Part shown: in pieces, positions 10,054 through 22,400 of the stretch
Position numbering within the stretch: the stretch's first letter is position 1
How the letters are laid out: every line of letters starts with the position of its first letter
IMG/VR virus record: IMGVR_UViG_3300026549_000032
Span: 32,001 to 96,000 of that record
Source of the DNA: a virus
Lineage: Duplodnaviria > Caudoviricetes
Direction: 5' to 3' (one strand)
Length of the DNA: 64,000 nt
The notes under the pieces: generated by a model
What the model was told of the DNA's origin: nothing
The model's input: the letters and a program-made list of their open reading frames with translations, nothing else
The model's database searches: none
Position numbers and translations under genes: made by a program

Positions 10054-11598
10054 ATGGCAACAAACAAGAAAGCAAAAATACAGATCACCCGAGGGGCACA
10101 TATCGAAGTTAGTAGAGACATTGCTTACCTTAATCTCACTCGAAATCATAGATTCTCAAAAGGTGAGATAGTGATGATGCAGTACTATAAGCAACCCGAT
10201 GTCCGAACAGACATTAGTGTTCTTATGGCTATTGGTATAGGGGACGGTACTGGTGAAGAATTCTTCCGTGTCATAGAGGCTGGTGCACAAGTACCTGTCA
10301 GAAAGGTGGCTATCGGAAATGAGAATCTCCCTGATACCTCACTCCTTGAGCATGGTGAAATCTATGTTTGGTATGGTGATGCTGACCTGAGGGATGACGA
10401 AGAAGAATTTGCTTGGTATTATGTTGATCGCCCAGAAACCTCTCGTAGGATTCGCAGAATTACAGAAGGTCCTTTCATATTTCTTGACTTAGAAACTGGT
10501 TATAGGTGGTTCTATAAAGACCAAGAGTGTAAGAGGGAGGATGACTTCTTCACGGTAGAAACCATTGAGGCCATGATGCAGCTCTTGATAGATTCTAAAC
10601 CATCTATCACAGTGAAGGCATCTAATAACAGTAGTCTCTTATTCGAAGTAGGAGATGTTAAGAACATTACTCTCGACGTTAATGTGAGGGACGTTCTCGG
10701 AAAGGATATCACAGGCAAGTGTCTGTACTTCTATGATGGAGAAGAGATATTTCTCGATAGAAATGGTCGTTATACCGTTACTAATATTAACAAAGACACG
10801 ACGATTAAGATCGAGGCTCGTCAACCTATTACCAGAAATGTATTTGTCCCAGTTACGGGTCAAGTTACCGTTAAGTTTGGTCATTTCTTCTACTTTGGAC
10901 GTGTACCAGGAGACTGGCATCCAGCCGATGGTGGAGAGATTTCTAGACTTGAGTATAAAAAACTTCACTATAAAGCAGACTTTACTTGGGAAAGAATTAA
11001 GCTTACCGGACAGAAGATAGTCTTTGCTTATCCCAAGATTTATGGTGACTTATCTCATATATTCGATGATCATGGCTTAGATTATCTGAGAACCTATGAT
11101 CATTATGAAGAAAATTACTTCATTAATGACGTTGAATATACCGTCTACATCAAGAAAGACGTAGTTGATATTGATGGTCTTAAACAGAAGTTTGTATTTA
11201 TTGAGCCTGACGAACTCGACCTAGAGAGCGCCACTATGCTTGATATCATTACTGCCTGGAAGATCAGAAATACAACAAGTGGTTTTGTCCAGCTCGATGA
11301 GAACGGTAAAATCCCAGAAGGACTTTATAACCTAAATGCTGCGTCATCTTTCATCCCCTTGGCGGGTATCGTTGATGACTATCCAGAATCAGACATGGTT
11401 CGCGATGAGTTGTACTATGTCACGAGTACTGGTAAACTTTATAAAGCGACTTCTGATACGCAAGGAAGTATTGAGGATGTTAATCCTGGGTTTATCTACA
11501 CTTATCAGAATAATTTCTATACATGGACAGGTTTGTCACTGAGACCCTTCGGTCGACTCTTGACTCGTGATATAGAAGATATAACAGAAATATTTTAA
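10054..11598 (+). CDS. Tail/fibre-associated structural protein (514 aa)
   Basis: Shares 'YFG...QKIVFAYPKIYGDLSHIFD..GLDYL' domain with the 320-aa ORF; contains 'VQLDENGKIP' fibre motif. Confidence 0.65.
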   Translation: MATNKKAKIQITRGAHIEVSRDIAYLNLTRNHRFSKGEIVMMQYYKQPDVRTDISVLMAIGIGDGTGEEFFRVIEAGAQVPVRKVAIGNENLPDTSLLEHGEIYVWYGDADLRDDEEEFAWYYVDRPETSRRIRRITEGPFIFLDLETGYRWFYKDQECKREDDFFTVETIEAMMQLLIDSKPSITVKASNNSSLLFEVGDVKNITLDVNVRDVLGKDITGKCLYFYDGEEIFLDRNGRYTVTNINKDTTIKIEARQPITRNVFVPVTGQVTVKFGHFFYFGRVPGDWHPADGGEISRLEYKKLHYKADFTWERIKLTGQKIVFAYPKIYGDLSHIFDDHGLDYLRTYDHYEENYFINDVEYTVYIKKDVVDIDGLKQKFVFIEPDELDLESATMLDIITAWKIRNTTSGFVQLDENGKIPEGLYNLNAASSFIPLAGIVDDYPESDMVRDELYYVTSTGKLYKATSDTQGSIEDVNPGFIYTYQNNFYTWTGLSLRPFGRLLTRDIEDITEIF

Positions 11599-11605
11599 CT
11601 GAGAA

Positions 11606-14600
11606 ATGGCAGAAATTAAAGGTACTAACCTAGCTGCGCCGATAGTTCCGTTTACCGACCAAGACGTCTATGCTACCCATGAAGCTAAGTATGGTAAGGG
11701 TGGTTATAGAACCGTCCAGAATATGGCCGAGCTTCGTGCAATCCCTACTCCTCGTTTGGAAGAGGGTATGCTCGTCTATGTGATGGACGACGATACTGGT
11801 GTTCATACATACCAATATCTTGGTGGAAAATGGGTTCGCAACAGAATTGGTAATGGTATTCCTATTTATACCCAGGAACTTATTGAAGATTTGGGTATCA
11901 ATCCTAGTGAAGATGAGTATATCTCCATCCCTAGCCTTGATACTGATCTCAATGGGGAGGTAGAAAATAAAACATACACGACCACGGAGAATGGTACATA
12001 CGTTGATGTTCTCTTTAAGGCCATACGTTCTTTGCAATCGGAAGTAGCCAGATTAAAAAATTCATTCACCTATGGAATCGAATCCTATACAGGTAAAGTA
12101 ACAACCATGTCTAGGATCGAAGGTGATTATGATGATATTGATGTAGAGGAAGAACCTCTTTGGGCAATTGATGAGGATGGTCTTAGCCAGCTCGGTGATG
12201 ACATTACTCTCGGCCCCGGTGGTGAAGCAGATTTTGATCCGTCTGATAATGTGACAGCGACCGTGGATGAAGGTGATTCTTATGATTCATTCCTCACTTT
12301 CACAAACAGTGCTCTCTGGACTGTAAAAGATTCAGCGGGAACTGGTAAGAGCTCCCAGATATATAACTGTACGGATAATAAAATATTCTTGTATTTCACT
12401 GCCAATGCAACTAAGATAAAACTTAACCTTGACGGTTACGTAGAAGATATAACAAAAGTCGATACAGATATTACTCCCCTTGAACTTGATCTGAACAAGA
12501 TTCAGTTGTCTAGGGCATCGTCTCGTGGATTCTATAATATACTTGTTGTGATATCTCGAAATCAGAAACTGACAAAAACAGATTCTGCTGGCCTTCCAGT
12601 TTATAGCTGGACTAGTGGCCAGAATTTTATTTGGATATCTATCGGTGATCCACATACAGACCAGACCTTGGCAGAAGGTTATTGGAGTGGTGATAAACTC
12701 TTTACCTCTAAGACTACTCTCAATAAGAGATACACCTTGGCAGGAGTTGTATTTACTAACTTAACCTTAAGTAAGTTCAACATTTATTCTAAGTGGCAGG
12801 ACTTCAGTCGTGAGATTGCTGGTTCTAAGCCCAGTGAAGAGGATTATAAATTTAAAGCTGCCCATATTACAATTAGATCAGTTGAAAAGCAGGCTGACTT
12901 GGTGAGCGTGAAAGACCAAATCATGAATAACGAGCTCATCTGGGTAGAAGAAACTAACCGACTTTGGATTAAAACAAAAAATGCCCTTACCATAATCGGT
13001 GGTGGCAATAATGACGATATTGACGATACAGGTATGACACAAGAAGAAATGATTGCCGCGTTGGAGGAAATGGGTATTGTCCAGGAGACCAATGGAGATC
13101 TTAAACTCTCTAATCTCGCTGTTGATGACATTACCTTTATTCATCAGGCGTCTGGCCGTCGCTTTAAGTTTGACATTGATGAGTCTGGTGAACTCCACAG
13201 TCAGGAGATCGGTAAGGACTCTGATACATTTGCTAGTAGAATTGGTACCGGATCGAGTGCACGTACTCTCACAAAGAACGTTCGTGGTTTCATTGGCCAG
13301 CTGAACGTTGTTGAGAAGAACCTTACCGCCACTAAAGACATTAAACTCAATAGTGACCGCCTCAAGATCGGTTCATTCTACGCTCCCCTCAGCACTGATA
13401 TCGTTCACGGCTGTTCTCACTCTTATGTTGAGCTTGAGAATACATCAGATCGTGACTATGCTCTGGAGGGATGTTACTTGCATCTGACGCGCCCTGATTC
13501 CGCTGGTAATCAGAAGGTATATCACCTGGCTCTTACTGGTGTTATTCCTGCCGGTGGTACTTATCTCGTAAGGGGTGCTAAACATGCTGAACCCGATGAT
13601 CCGAACGTATATCTGAAGATCACGGAATATGACCAAGAGTGGTATAACCTTGATGTACCAGCAGAGCCTAAGCTTCTCTCATTTGAGGTTGATATGTCTC
13701 TGGACTATACTGGTGGTCATAAGGGTTATGGTATTGCTCTGACTTACGGTAATAAGTTTGGAACGAGCGATGATCCAACCTCTTGGACAGAACCACTGAG
13801 TGCAACATATGCTCTCTACGAGGCTTCTAAATTAGGTGAAACGATTGGCGGTATTGCTATTACTTCTAGCAATAAGTCTAAGTTCCCATATAAGATGAAT
13901 CCGTACTTCATCGACGGTCTGTACTATAAGTACATGGTTACCAACGATGCTGGTACTGGTTTGTGGTCTTCAATCGCCGTAGATATTGTTAGCAACTCTA
14001 TTTATCGTAACACCTTTGAGCTTGATCCCGCTAAGCAGGCTTTCCAGGCCTTCACAACGGCAGATAGTTCTCGTGCTAGATGGGCTAACATTGCAAACGA
14101 TATTCAGGTAGTTGACCTCACCAACGAATTCATCACATTCCCTCATAGTGAGGATAAATATGCAATTTCTAATTATACACCAAAAGCATCTTACCAGCAT
14201 CGTAATGTAAGTACGGATAAGACTAAGCTGGATACAGAGAAACCTAATATGGTAACGACCGCTTTTGGTATTGACGTATATAGGACTCGTACTTTCAACT
14301 GGATTAGCGTAGGTTACTTTGATGAGTATGTTTGGATCAAGCCAAGCACTGCTTCTACTTGGTCAAAGCGTATTCAGTCTTACATTCCTATCGTAGAGAC
14401 TAAGCTAGTTGATAAGAGACCCAACAACACGACTGACGGACAGGGCAATGTAACCGCTTACAATACTATCCTGACTCTCAGCGTATCTAACCTTGGTGGT
14501 GTGGTAGGTGACCTTAACGAGTATTCACTGCTCTTAGACGCAGATCACAATAGTGTTGGTAGTATTACTATTAACACTGCCAGCAATGCTTCTTACACAG

Positions 14601-16432
14601 TTCAGATTAGTGGACAAGCCACGAACTTAGGAATCAACGATACATTCTATTTGGTACAGCCAGATGATGATGTCAATAGTGATGAATATCCCAAGAAGAA
14701 GTTCTTCAGTGGTGACATCACTAACAACATCTATGCTCGTCTGACGGGTCGATTCCCTGGTGATAATAGTTTCTATTGCTCTCACAAGGTTGTGGCTGAT
14801 ATTGTAGCGAGTGCTGTAGGAAGTCCTACCGAGTACACCTACATTGTGGGTCGTGCAGATAAGAACGGTAATCCCGACCTTGAGCACTGCTCTGATCCTA
14901 TGAAGTTTACCTTGTATCCGCAGTCTTATACTCCACGAGTATATCAAGTAACGGATCAGCAGGGTTTCCACTGGATCGAATATCAGGTTTGGGCAGCTGT
15001 TGCTAATTCACTGAATGATAAGATTGCTTCAGATCAAAGTCGCTCTCAGATTATTCCTATCCTGGTTAACACTGGTGATATGACCCAGAACGGTACTCGT
15101 ATTAATGAGTGGTTTGATTATTATCAGGCCGGTCGTTCTCTGTTTGATCACCTTGAGCAGATGAATGTAGTAGGTAATAACGACCTTTGTGGTACTAATC
15201 CATTTGTACTTGGAACTGGTGATGATGAAGGTAAGTCTAACTCCTTCTATTTCCACCTCTTCTACTGTTACGAGGTTAATCCCACACTATTCACTCCGCT
15301 CCTGCGTAACTTAAGTGGTGCAGCTAAGGCTCCTAAGTATATTCCTTCACTCTACTACTTTGATACTACTACGGATCGTTTCCTGGCAGTGAACTCAGAG
15401 TTGACTGAAGAGAATTGCAAGAGCTGGTTCAACCTGGTTTGGAATGGTAAGACAGTTAATGCTTATACAGGCTATACGATCGACTCTGATCGTGTATATT
15501 GCACTGACGGAAAGTTCACATCTATCTATACAATGCTCTGGCGTACCTTGAATGACGCCAAGACAAACAATAAAGACACCCTGGTTCTTTGCCATGAGAT
15601 GCCTTACACTGTTATCACAAATGAATCACTCCTGAAGACCGCTGCTCAGTACTCTCGTAGTATGTCTAATGCGGGTGCACTGGTAGGTTCTCATACTAAT
15701 CAGATCAGTCCTAATGAGGCCGATACTAGTGAGAATCCAAAGACAGCCGGTCTGTACTGGTTCAGTCGTCTCTTGGAATACTTTAAGATTCGTCTCGTAA
15801 TAGGTGGACACAAACACACCTACGCTTGTACTTATCCCGTTCGTGAGAACTATAACTACATGAAAAATGGAGCTAGCACAAGTTCAAGTGGTGGTCCAAT
15901 GGATATGCCTGAGACACTGCAGGATGACTACGTTAACTTCTATTCTATCGGTTCCGGCCAGAATAGTACTAAGTTCCCGTATGTTAAGCGTGAGTCTATT
16001 GGAGAACGTACCGATGAGGGATTCTATCCTGCAACGGTTATGAATACTCTGAGTGGTGGTGTGGTTTACTTTATGTGTCAGGCTTCTGGTTATAAGCTGA
16101 CTTCTAACAAGGAGTTGCCTTCACAGAATCAGAAGTACTCTCGTATCCTGCCTAAGACAACTACTACTTATAGTAATGGTGCTTATTCCGATAAGGCCAG
16201 TGATGAGCAGAAGTATCCAATGTTCTCTATTATCGAGCTTTCTAGATCTAGCAACTCTACGAAGTATAGAATTCGTCTGGCTCGTGTAACTAACATCATG
16301 AAGAAGTTTAAGTTCACACAGAAGAACTACGAAACAAAGGCTATTAAGATCCAGTGGCTTAAAGAGAATTCTACGGATAACTTTGGTACTTGGCAAGATA
16401 CCGAGGATTACTTATTCTCAGATCAAATTTAA
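11606..16432 (+). CDS. Giant virion protein (1608 aa): tail-attachment N-terminus, lamin-tail domain, FN3 plus purple acid phosphatase-like metallophosphoesterase
   Basis: LTD-like 'SYVELENTSDRDYALEGCYL'; PAP FN3-like 'PNMVTTAFG...RTFNWIS' and 'HKV...YTYIVG'; metallophosphoesterase motifs VTDQQ, TGDMTQNG, VGNND, CHEMPY, GGHKHTY. Confidence 0.75.
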   Translation: MAEIKGTNLAAPIVPFTDQDVYATHEAKYGKGGYRTVQNMAELRAIPTPRLEEGMLVYVMDDDTGVHTYQYLGGKWVRNRIGNGIPIYTQELIEDLGINPSEDEYISIPSLDTDLNGEVENKTYTTTENGTYVDVLFKAIRSLQSEVARLKNSFTYGIESYTGKVTTMSRIEGDYDDIDVEEEPLWAIDEDGLSQLGDDITLGPGGEADFDPSDNVTATVDEGDSYDSFLTFTNSALWTVKDSAGTGKSSQIYNCTDNKIFLYFTANATKIKLNLDGYVEDITKVDTDITPLELDLNKIQLSRASSRGFYNILVVISRNQKLTKTDSAGLPVYSWTSGQNFIWISIGDPHTDQTLAEGYWSGDKLFTSKTTLNKRYTLAGVVFTNLTLSKFNIYSKWQDFSREIAGSKPSEEDYKFKAAHITIRSVEKQADLVSVKDQIMNNELIWVEETNRLWIKTKNALTIIGGGNNDDIDDTGMTQEEMIAALEEMGIVQETNGDLKLSNLAVDDITFIHQASGRRFKFDIDESGELHSQEIGKDSDTFASRIGTGSSARTLTKNVRGFIGQLNVVEKNLTATKDIKLNSDRLKIGSFYAPLSTDIVHGCSHSYVELENTSDRDYALEGCYLHLTRPDSAGNQKVYHLALTGVIPAGGTYLVRGAKHAEPDDPNVYLKITEYDQEWYNLDVPAEPKLLSFEVDMSLDYTGGHKGYGIALTYGNKFGTSDDPTSWTEPLSATYALYEASKLGETIGGIAITSSNKSKFPYKMNPYFIDGLYYKYMVTNDAGTGLWSSIAVDIVSNSIYRNTFELDPAKQAFQAFTTADSSRARWANIANDIQVVDLTNEFITFPHSEDKYAISNYTPKASYQHRNVSTDKTKLDTEKPNMVTTAFGIDVYRTRTFNWISVGYFDEYVWIKPSTASTWSKRIQSYIPIVETKLVDKRPNNTTDGQGNVTAYNTILTLSVSNLGGVVGDLNEYSLLLDADHNSVGSITINTASNASYTVQISGQATNLGINDTFYLVQPDDDVNSDEYPKKKFFSGDITNNIYARLTGRFPGDNSFYCSHKVVADIVASAVGSPTEYTYIVGRADKNGNPDLEHCSDPMKFTLYPQSYTPRVYQVTDQQGFHWIEYQVWAAVANSLNDKIASDQSRSQIIPILVNTGDMTQNGTRINEWFDYYQAGRSLFDHLEQMNVVGNNDLCGTNPFVLGTGDDEGKSNSFYFHLFYCYEVNPTLFTPLLRNLSGAAKAPKYIPSLYYFDTTTDRFLAVNSELTEENCKSWFNLVWNGKTVNAYTGYTIDSDRVYCTDGKFTSIYTMLWRTLNDAKTNNKDTLVLCHEMPYTVITNESLLKTAAQYSRSMSNAGALVGSHTNQISPNEADTSENPKTAGLYWFSRLLEYFKIRLVIGGHKHTYACTYPVRENYNYMKNGASTSSSGGPMDMPETLQDDYVNFYSIGSGQNSTKFPYVKRESIGERTDEGFYPATVMNTLSGGVVYFMCQASGYKLTSNKELPSQNQKYSRILPKTTTTYSNGAYSDKASDEQKYPMFSIIELSRSSNSTKYRIRLARVTNIMKKFKFTQKNYETKAIKIQWLKENSTDNFGTWQDTEDYLFSDQI

Positions 16433-16441
16433 TAAATATAC

Positions 16442-19400
16442 ATGAAACATAACGGACAGAATATTATCTTCGACGAAGATGTTACACTGACCGGCAGTCT
16501 CGCAGGCCAAAAGCTCTCTGACATAATCAGGGAGCAGGCCGAAGAGATTGAACGTCTTAAGAGTAACCTCAAGTGGATCTACAAATATGGTGGAGTTGGA
16601 GGTAGTGGTGGCTCCGGTGGCGGCGGGGGTAGTGCTAGTGGCTATGTGCTATTTGCATCCCTTGGTTCTGTCCAGATGAGCAACCAGAGCGTAGCATTTA
16701 ACGGAGAAGGTAACTACGATCTTTACATTAAGATTACTCGACCTAATGGAGCTTCGTTTAGAGTAACTTACTCCTATGAGGTAATGAATAGTAGTGGTGT
16801 AAAGACGACGGCTTCGACCACCGTAACGCTTGACGTTTCGAGAAACTATGAGTATTCAGCAACTCTTAATCTGAACTGTAATGGTCGTGTAACAGTTACT
16901 GCGGTTGACTCTATCTATAATGAGACCAAGGCTAACTACCTTGACTACATTATCGAGTCTTACTCCGTAACGGGTTCTCTGGTGGATGATACAGGTAAAG
17001 TCTATGACTCTAACGAAATCTTCACTAGTGAGGCTGGTACACGTGGTTTGAAATATAGAGTCTCCTATGATATTGCTGTTGAATCTAATGGTAATACTTG
17101 TTACTTCGTCTTCAGTAAAGGTAACGAGATCCATACTGCAACAGCTGATCTTGAGGGTTCAAGGGGATATTATGATTTCGATATAAAAGACTTCATTGCC
17201 CTTAACGAAGCTAATTCTGGTTATTATTCGGTAACAGCAACAGTTAATTTGAACTTGGTTGGTCAGAGAACAGATCCTATCGTTATGGTGACATCGTTTA
17301 ACCTTGTCCCACAACAGCTGTTCTTGCTAGTTCAGCCTAGTACAGGTTCTATCTATACTGAACACCACTCAGACTATGCTACAAATCCGGACGTCTATAA
17401 ATATGGGGCTGGTTTTATCAGCTTTAATGTACGTCCTTACTTAGGTTCGGAAACTTCGGCCACTGCTGAAATTAAGTATTATGTAATCGATGCAGAGGGT
17501 AATCGTACGAATGACTTTACGGGAACTGGTATTAGTACAAAGCTTGGTTCACAGACAGAGATTTCAATCTATGCTGGAACACCAGGTCATTGTCGAATCT
17601 TCTTCCAAGTAACTTCATCTGGTACGACATATCCTTCGCCTGATACAGCAGGAGCAGTGGATGGTTATATTGTGTACCACTTCTATATTGAAGCTATGAG
17701 CGCTAATATTGACTGGTATTCTGAGGATATGGCTAGAACTGCCACTCAGAACTACTGGCGATTAGCTGAGCATACAAACTCGATGCAAGCCTTTGAGAAT
17801 CTGGCTAAGAGTAATATCTATCAGCAGACTGCTAACAAAGGTGACATTACACTGAGCAATCTTACTCTCCCTGCTAATATCTCTGGTGGTGCTTCGTATA
17901 ACAGTAATATAGCTATTGGTATACAGTTTAACGAAGTTAACTCTGAAACGACTCCAATCTTGACAGGTAAGTATAAAGGAGAAACTGCTTTGGTACTGAC
18001 TCAAAATTCAGTAACAATCCACAACACTACCTTCCCATACTTCCTTCCGAAGATTCGTAATTATAATAAGTCTGATAATCAGAACTATCACTTAGTTAAT
18101 ATTGTTTCTAGAAAGGTTAGCAGAATTGGTAACTTTGACTACTTCGAGGTAGCTATCTATGTGGATGGTATCTTGGAAGGTGGCTCACAGACCTTTACGT
18201 CTCAGGCCTTAATCATCGACCAACTTATTATCGGTCAGACTAACTCTTTTATTAACCTTCTAGAGTCTACATACATGGTAGCTCCTGACGTATCTGTTCC
18301 ATTGGATAATGATATTTATAGGTACTACCTGAAGTATAAGAATAGAATTATCTTGAGCAATGTATCAGACGATGAGTTGACTCTTTTGACTTATAGTGAT
18401 AAATTTACTCTTGATGGCAATGATGTGTATTGCACATCTTCTGATGTTATTGAGAATATCGCTAGGGTCCTGGACGTACCAACTCTTGTGCTTACTATGG
18501 CTCAAGATTATAAAGCAATCTTGGATGCTGGTTACAATGAGAACGACGAGATTGACCCCATTGAGGTTAGTGTTCGATATGCTGCCGCTCATGGTAACTT
18601 ATTGCCCATTGAATTCCCAACAGAGTTTATGGGTACGGCATATTTCACGATTCAGATCCAGGGTTCGTCTACCAAGACCTATAAGTGTAAAAACTATACC
18701 CTGACCTTAAATAACCGTGATGAATCTGAGACTGCATCACACTTCGTTTACTCACCGAACTATAAGAGTGTATCTGGTTTAACCGGTGATGCTGTAACGG
18801 AGGCTTACAAGACGTTCCTCCCCGAGGAATCATTTACCTTGAAGGCCGACGTTGTGGACTCTAGCCATAGTAACAATACCTCTATTGGTAAATTTGTAAA
18901 TGATGTAACAAAAGATTTTGATACCACATCCTACACGAACTCTCGTAACAACTTGATGGGTTATACTAAGAACTGTCTTGATGGTTTCCCATGTGTTGTT
19001 TACCTGTGCATCCCTCGTGTGGAGAATGGTATAACTACAACATATTATTACTACCAGGGTGTATATAACTTCAACCTTGGTCGTGAGTCTTTCTACAACC
19101 TTGGCTATAAGGATGCCTCTGTCTTCTGTGACACAACAGGTACCCCTAAACTGAAGGATGCTGGAACAGGTTTCTGCTTCCACCGTGTAGAAAACTCTGA
19201 GGACTACTCGTTGAAAAATGGTCTGGTAGTAGCTGAAATTCAGGGTAATAGCCCATACTTTGATTTCTCTCAGTGGGATAGCACTATCCTTTACAAGAGC
19301 TTGAGCAGTGTATCGAAGGATAATGAAACTTATATGTTCGATGACTTCGTGACTGGTTCTGACTTGAATGAAGCAAGTGCAAAGACTATCCTCCAGAACT

Positions 19401-22400
19401 TCGTTAAAAATGTATCTCTGGCCGGTGGTTATCTTTTCAATGAGATTAAAAAAAAGTTTGGTGATTCTACAACCGATTACGGTTACCGCGATGGTTACTC
19501 TACTTTGAATGATCAGGGAAATCCTGCTAACCAGGTCCCCAACTATCGAGTTCATATTAAGAAGTCGCTATCTGGTGAAACTCAGGTCTTCAATGTTGAC
19601 CCAAGCGTAACCATTAACGCAGGCGAGCTTAATGACTTGTCGGCTTTGATTCTTGGTGACAATGGTGATAACGGTTTCCTCGATTTTAGATCTCTGAGTG
19701 AATATTATACGATCTGTATGGCGTTTGGTCTAGTAGACTCTGTTCAGAAAAATATGAACTTAAAGAGCTGGAATGCTAACGCCGGATCCGGTCGAGCAAA
19801 GTTCTATACTGCATTCTATGATATGGATACCTGTCTTGGTATTAACAATGCTGGTAAAGATGTATCATACTTTGCGTTCAGTGATTACTGGAGCTATGAT
19901 GATAGCAACGTTGACTCTGAGGGTACTGTTACCCCAACATCAGTTACTATCTATCGTGACTTTAGCCCAAGAGCATCTAGTGGTTCTACTATTGGTGCAG
20001 CTGACTTCTACGATACTCCTAGCTCTTACCTCTTTGCCGTAGCTAAGTATGCTCGTTTGAGAGCTGCTAACATGTCAATCAACGGTGAAACTTTAGGTAT
20101 AGCTGCTACAGCTTTGTTCCCACAAGAACTTTGGGCTAAGTGGCGTGCCGGTACGACGGACGAAGGAGATGCAACAGTAGGTTGTTTGGCTAGCGCTGAG
20201 CACTTTATGAACAACTACTTCTCGAATAACCTCGGTAAGGTTGGTATCCCGATGGTGAACCTGAACTACCGTAACAAGTACTTCATCAAGTCCACTAACA
20301 AAGATGTAAGCCAGACAACGACAGGTTATTCTGCACTGAACTTCGCTAAATTTAACGGTACTCGTATTGCAAAAGCCACGGACTGGTTGGATGGTCGTTT
20401 CCATATCCTGGATGCTTACTTCAATCTTCCGAAGTCAACATCTAGCTTCCAGTATTATAACGATAATGGAAACTATGTAAACGTTCCTATCGCCGGTACA
20501 ACGGATCAGTTCTTAGGAGAACCTACATACGAATCGTCAGCATATAACCTCGCTGATAACTCTGATATTTTTGTCTTACAAGATATATTCGCTGGACAGG
20601 GTGGTGTAAACCAAACTGCCGGTGACCTCGATATCAATGTGAAGGCTAAGGAATATAGCCCACTTATCATTAATACGGCCAACTCAGGCGTTCGTTATCT
20701 GTTAGGCGGTAATGATAAGAAATATCACATTCGTGTCCCCTTGTCAGGTAACCAGACGTACTCATTCTATGGTTCTGGTTCATGGACGGATCTTGATAGT
20801 ATTAATACCTTCAACTTTACTACTCTTAATGTAAGTACTAAGTACTTGGAGAACTTGAGTGGTGATAGTACGAGAACTAACATGGTTATAGGTACTATTA
20901 ACATGCCATCTCTGAAGAACCTGAGTCTGACTTCTCGTACATACTCTGGTGAACTTGTAATAACGGGTGAGCAATATCCTAACCTTGGCTTTGTCAATGT
21001 TAGTAACTCTCAGATTAAGCTTGATATTCAGAATAGTACTTTCACTAATTTGAATATTAGTAACATGACGACGGAGAAGGTAAGTGTCCTTGGATGTACT
21101 AACCTTCAGAACGTTGTGTTTGGAACAGGTGGATCTGGTACAGTTAGTACGACTATTGATAACCTCCAAATTCAGCCTATGTCTGCTAGTCAGCTTAGGA
21201 GTGGAGTAACTATCAATAACAGTCGTATCAAGAACTTGACTATGGTCAATACTACCTATACTGGAAATAGAACAAAGCTTGTTATTCAGAATGACGAAGC
21301 TCTGACAACTATTAGTGTACGTGGTATATCTGACGTAGAGGTAATTGGATGTCCTAATCTGACAAACTTATATATCCAGGATCCTGAAACTCCAACTAGT
21401 GGTGATCCTAATGGTGATTACCTGACAACCATTGTTGTTAGGAACTGTGGTACAGTTAATACTGACTTTAGGGTGGGTAGTGCTACTACTACTACTACTA
21501 CTGTTGACTTAACTAATTTCAGTCACCTAAGTGTTGTAGAGTTCCGTAATATTCCTGGAATGGTTACTTGTATGCTATCTACTACTAGCACGGTTACCTT
21601 AGGTAATAGTGCATTTGCAGATAGTAATAACATGAGAACTCTTAGTGGTCAAAAGATTATCCTGAATGGTACTGGTATCTTCAGTAACTGTGGAGCTTTC
21701 ACAATGAAGACTGAAACTGGTGCTTGGACTAACATGGAAATCTCTAACTCACTGACCTCTCTGAATAGCATGTTCTCAACGAACGTTGGTTCTGCTATTA
21801 CACTGGAGGCAGCAAGACGCTTCATAACCAATGTAGTTGGCAGCAAGGCTTCTCAGATTACAAGCATGTCTAGTACTTTCCACGGACAGAGTCAAATTGT
21901 TTATGGTTTAAGCCAGTTACGAGATGATCTCCGTGGTAGCAGTAACTATATTGACTTGAGTTCTTTCACAAATTTGAGCAATGTATCTGGCTTGTTCGCT
22001 TGGTCTGGTGTACGAGCTATCCACAAGAAGATGGTTGCTTTCGGTGCAAATGTTAGCACAGTTTCCTTCAGTAGGTTCCTCTTCTACGGAGACCTCTACA
22101 TGGAAATTGATGCACTGGCTAATGTCATCGATAAGATAGATTACCTATGGGATAGTAGTCCAGATTACCAAAGATATATATCAACTCTCCATATAGTTAA
22201 TTCTAATGGCGTAGAGAGAACAGATACCATTCCTCTTAAAGACTTCTTCCACCCTGGAGGTAAACACCCGACAAGATTGGTAGAGCTATCTCGATTTGAA
22301 TTGGCTAAAGGTCAGACATTCGATATGGCAGATGTCTTTAAGAATTGGACATCTCTGACTACACTTCATAGTGCGTTCTATAACAGTCATGCCCGTTTGA

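Noticed and set aside
19447-19456. In-frame A AAA AAG slippery site in the 2653-aa gene
   Set aside because: No evident stimulatory structure, and a shift would truncate the kinase domain; likely just KKK codons
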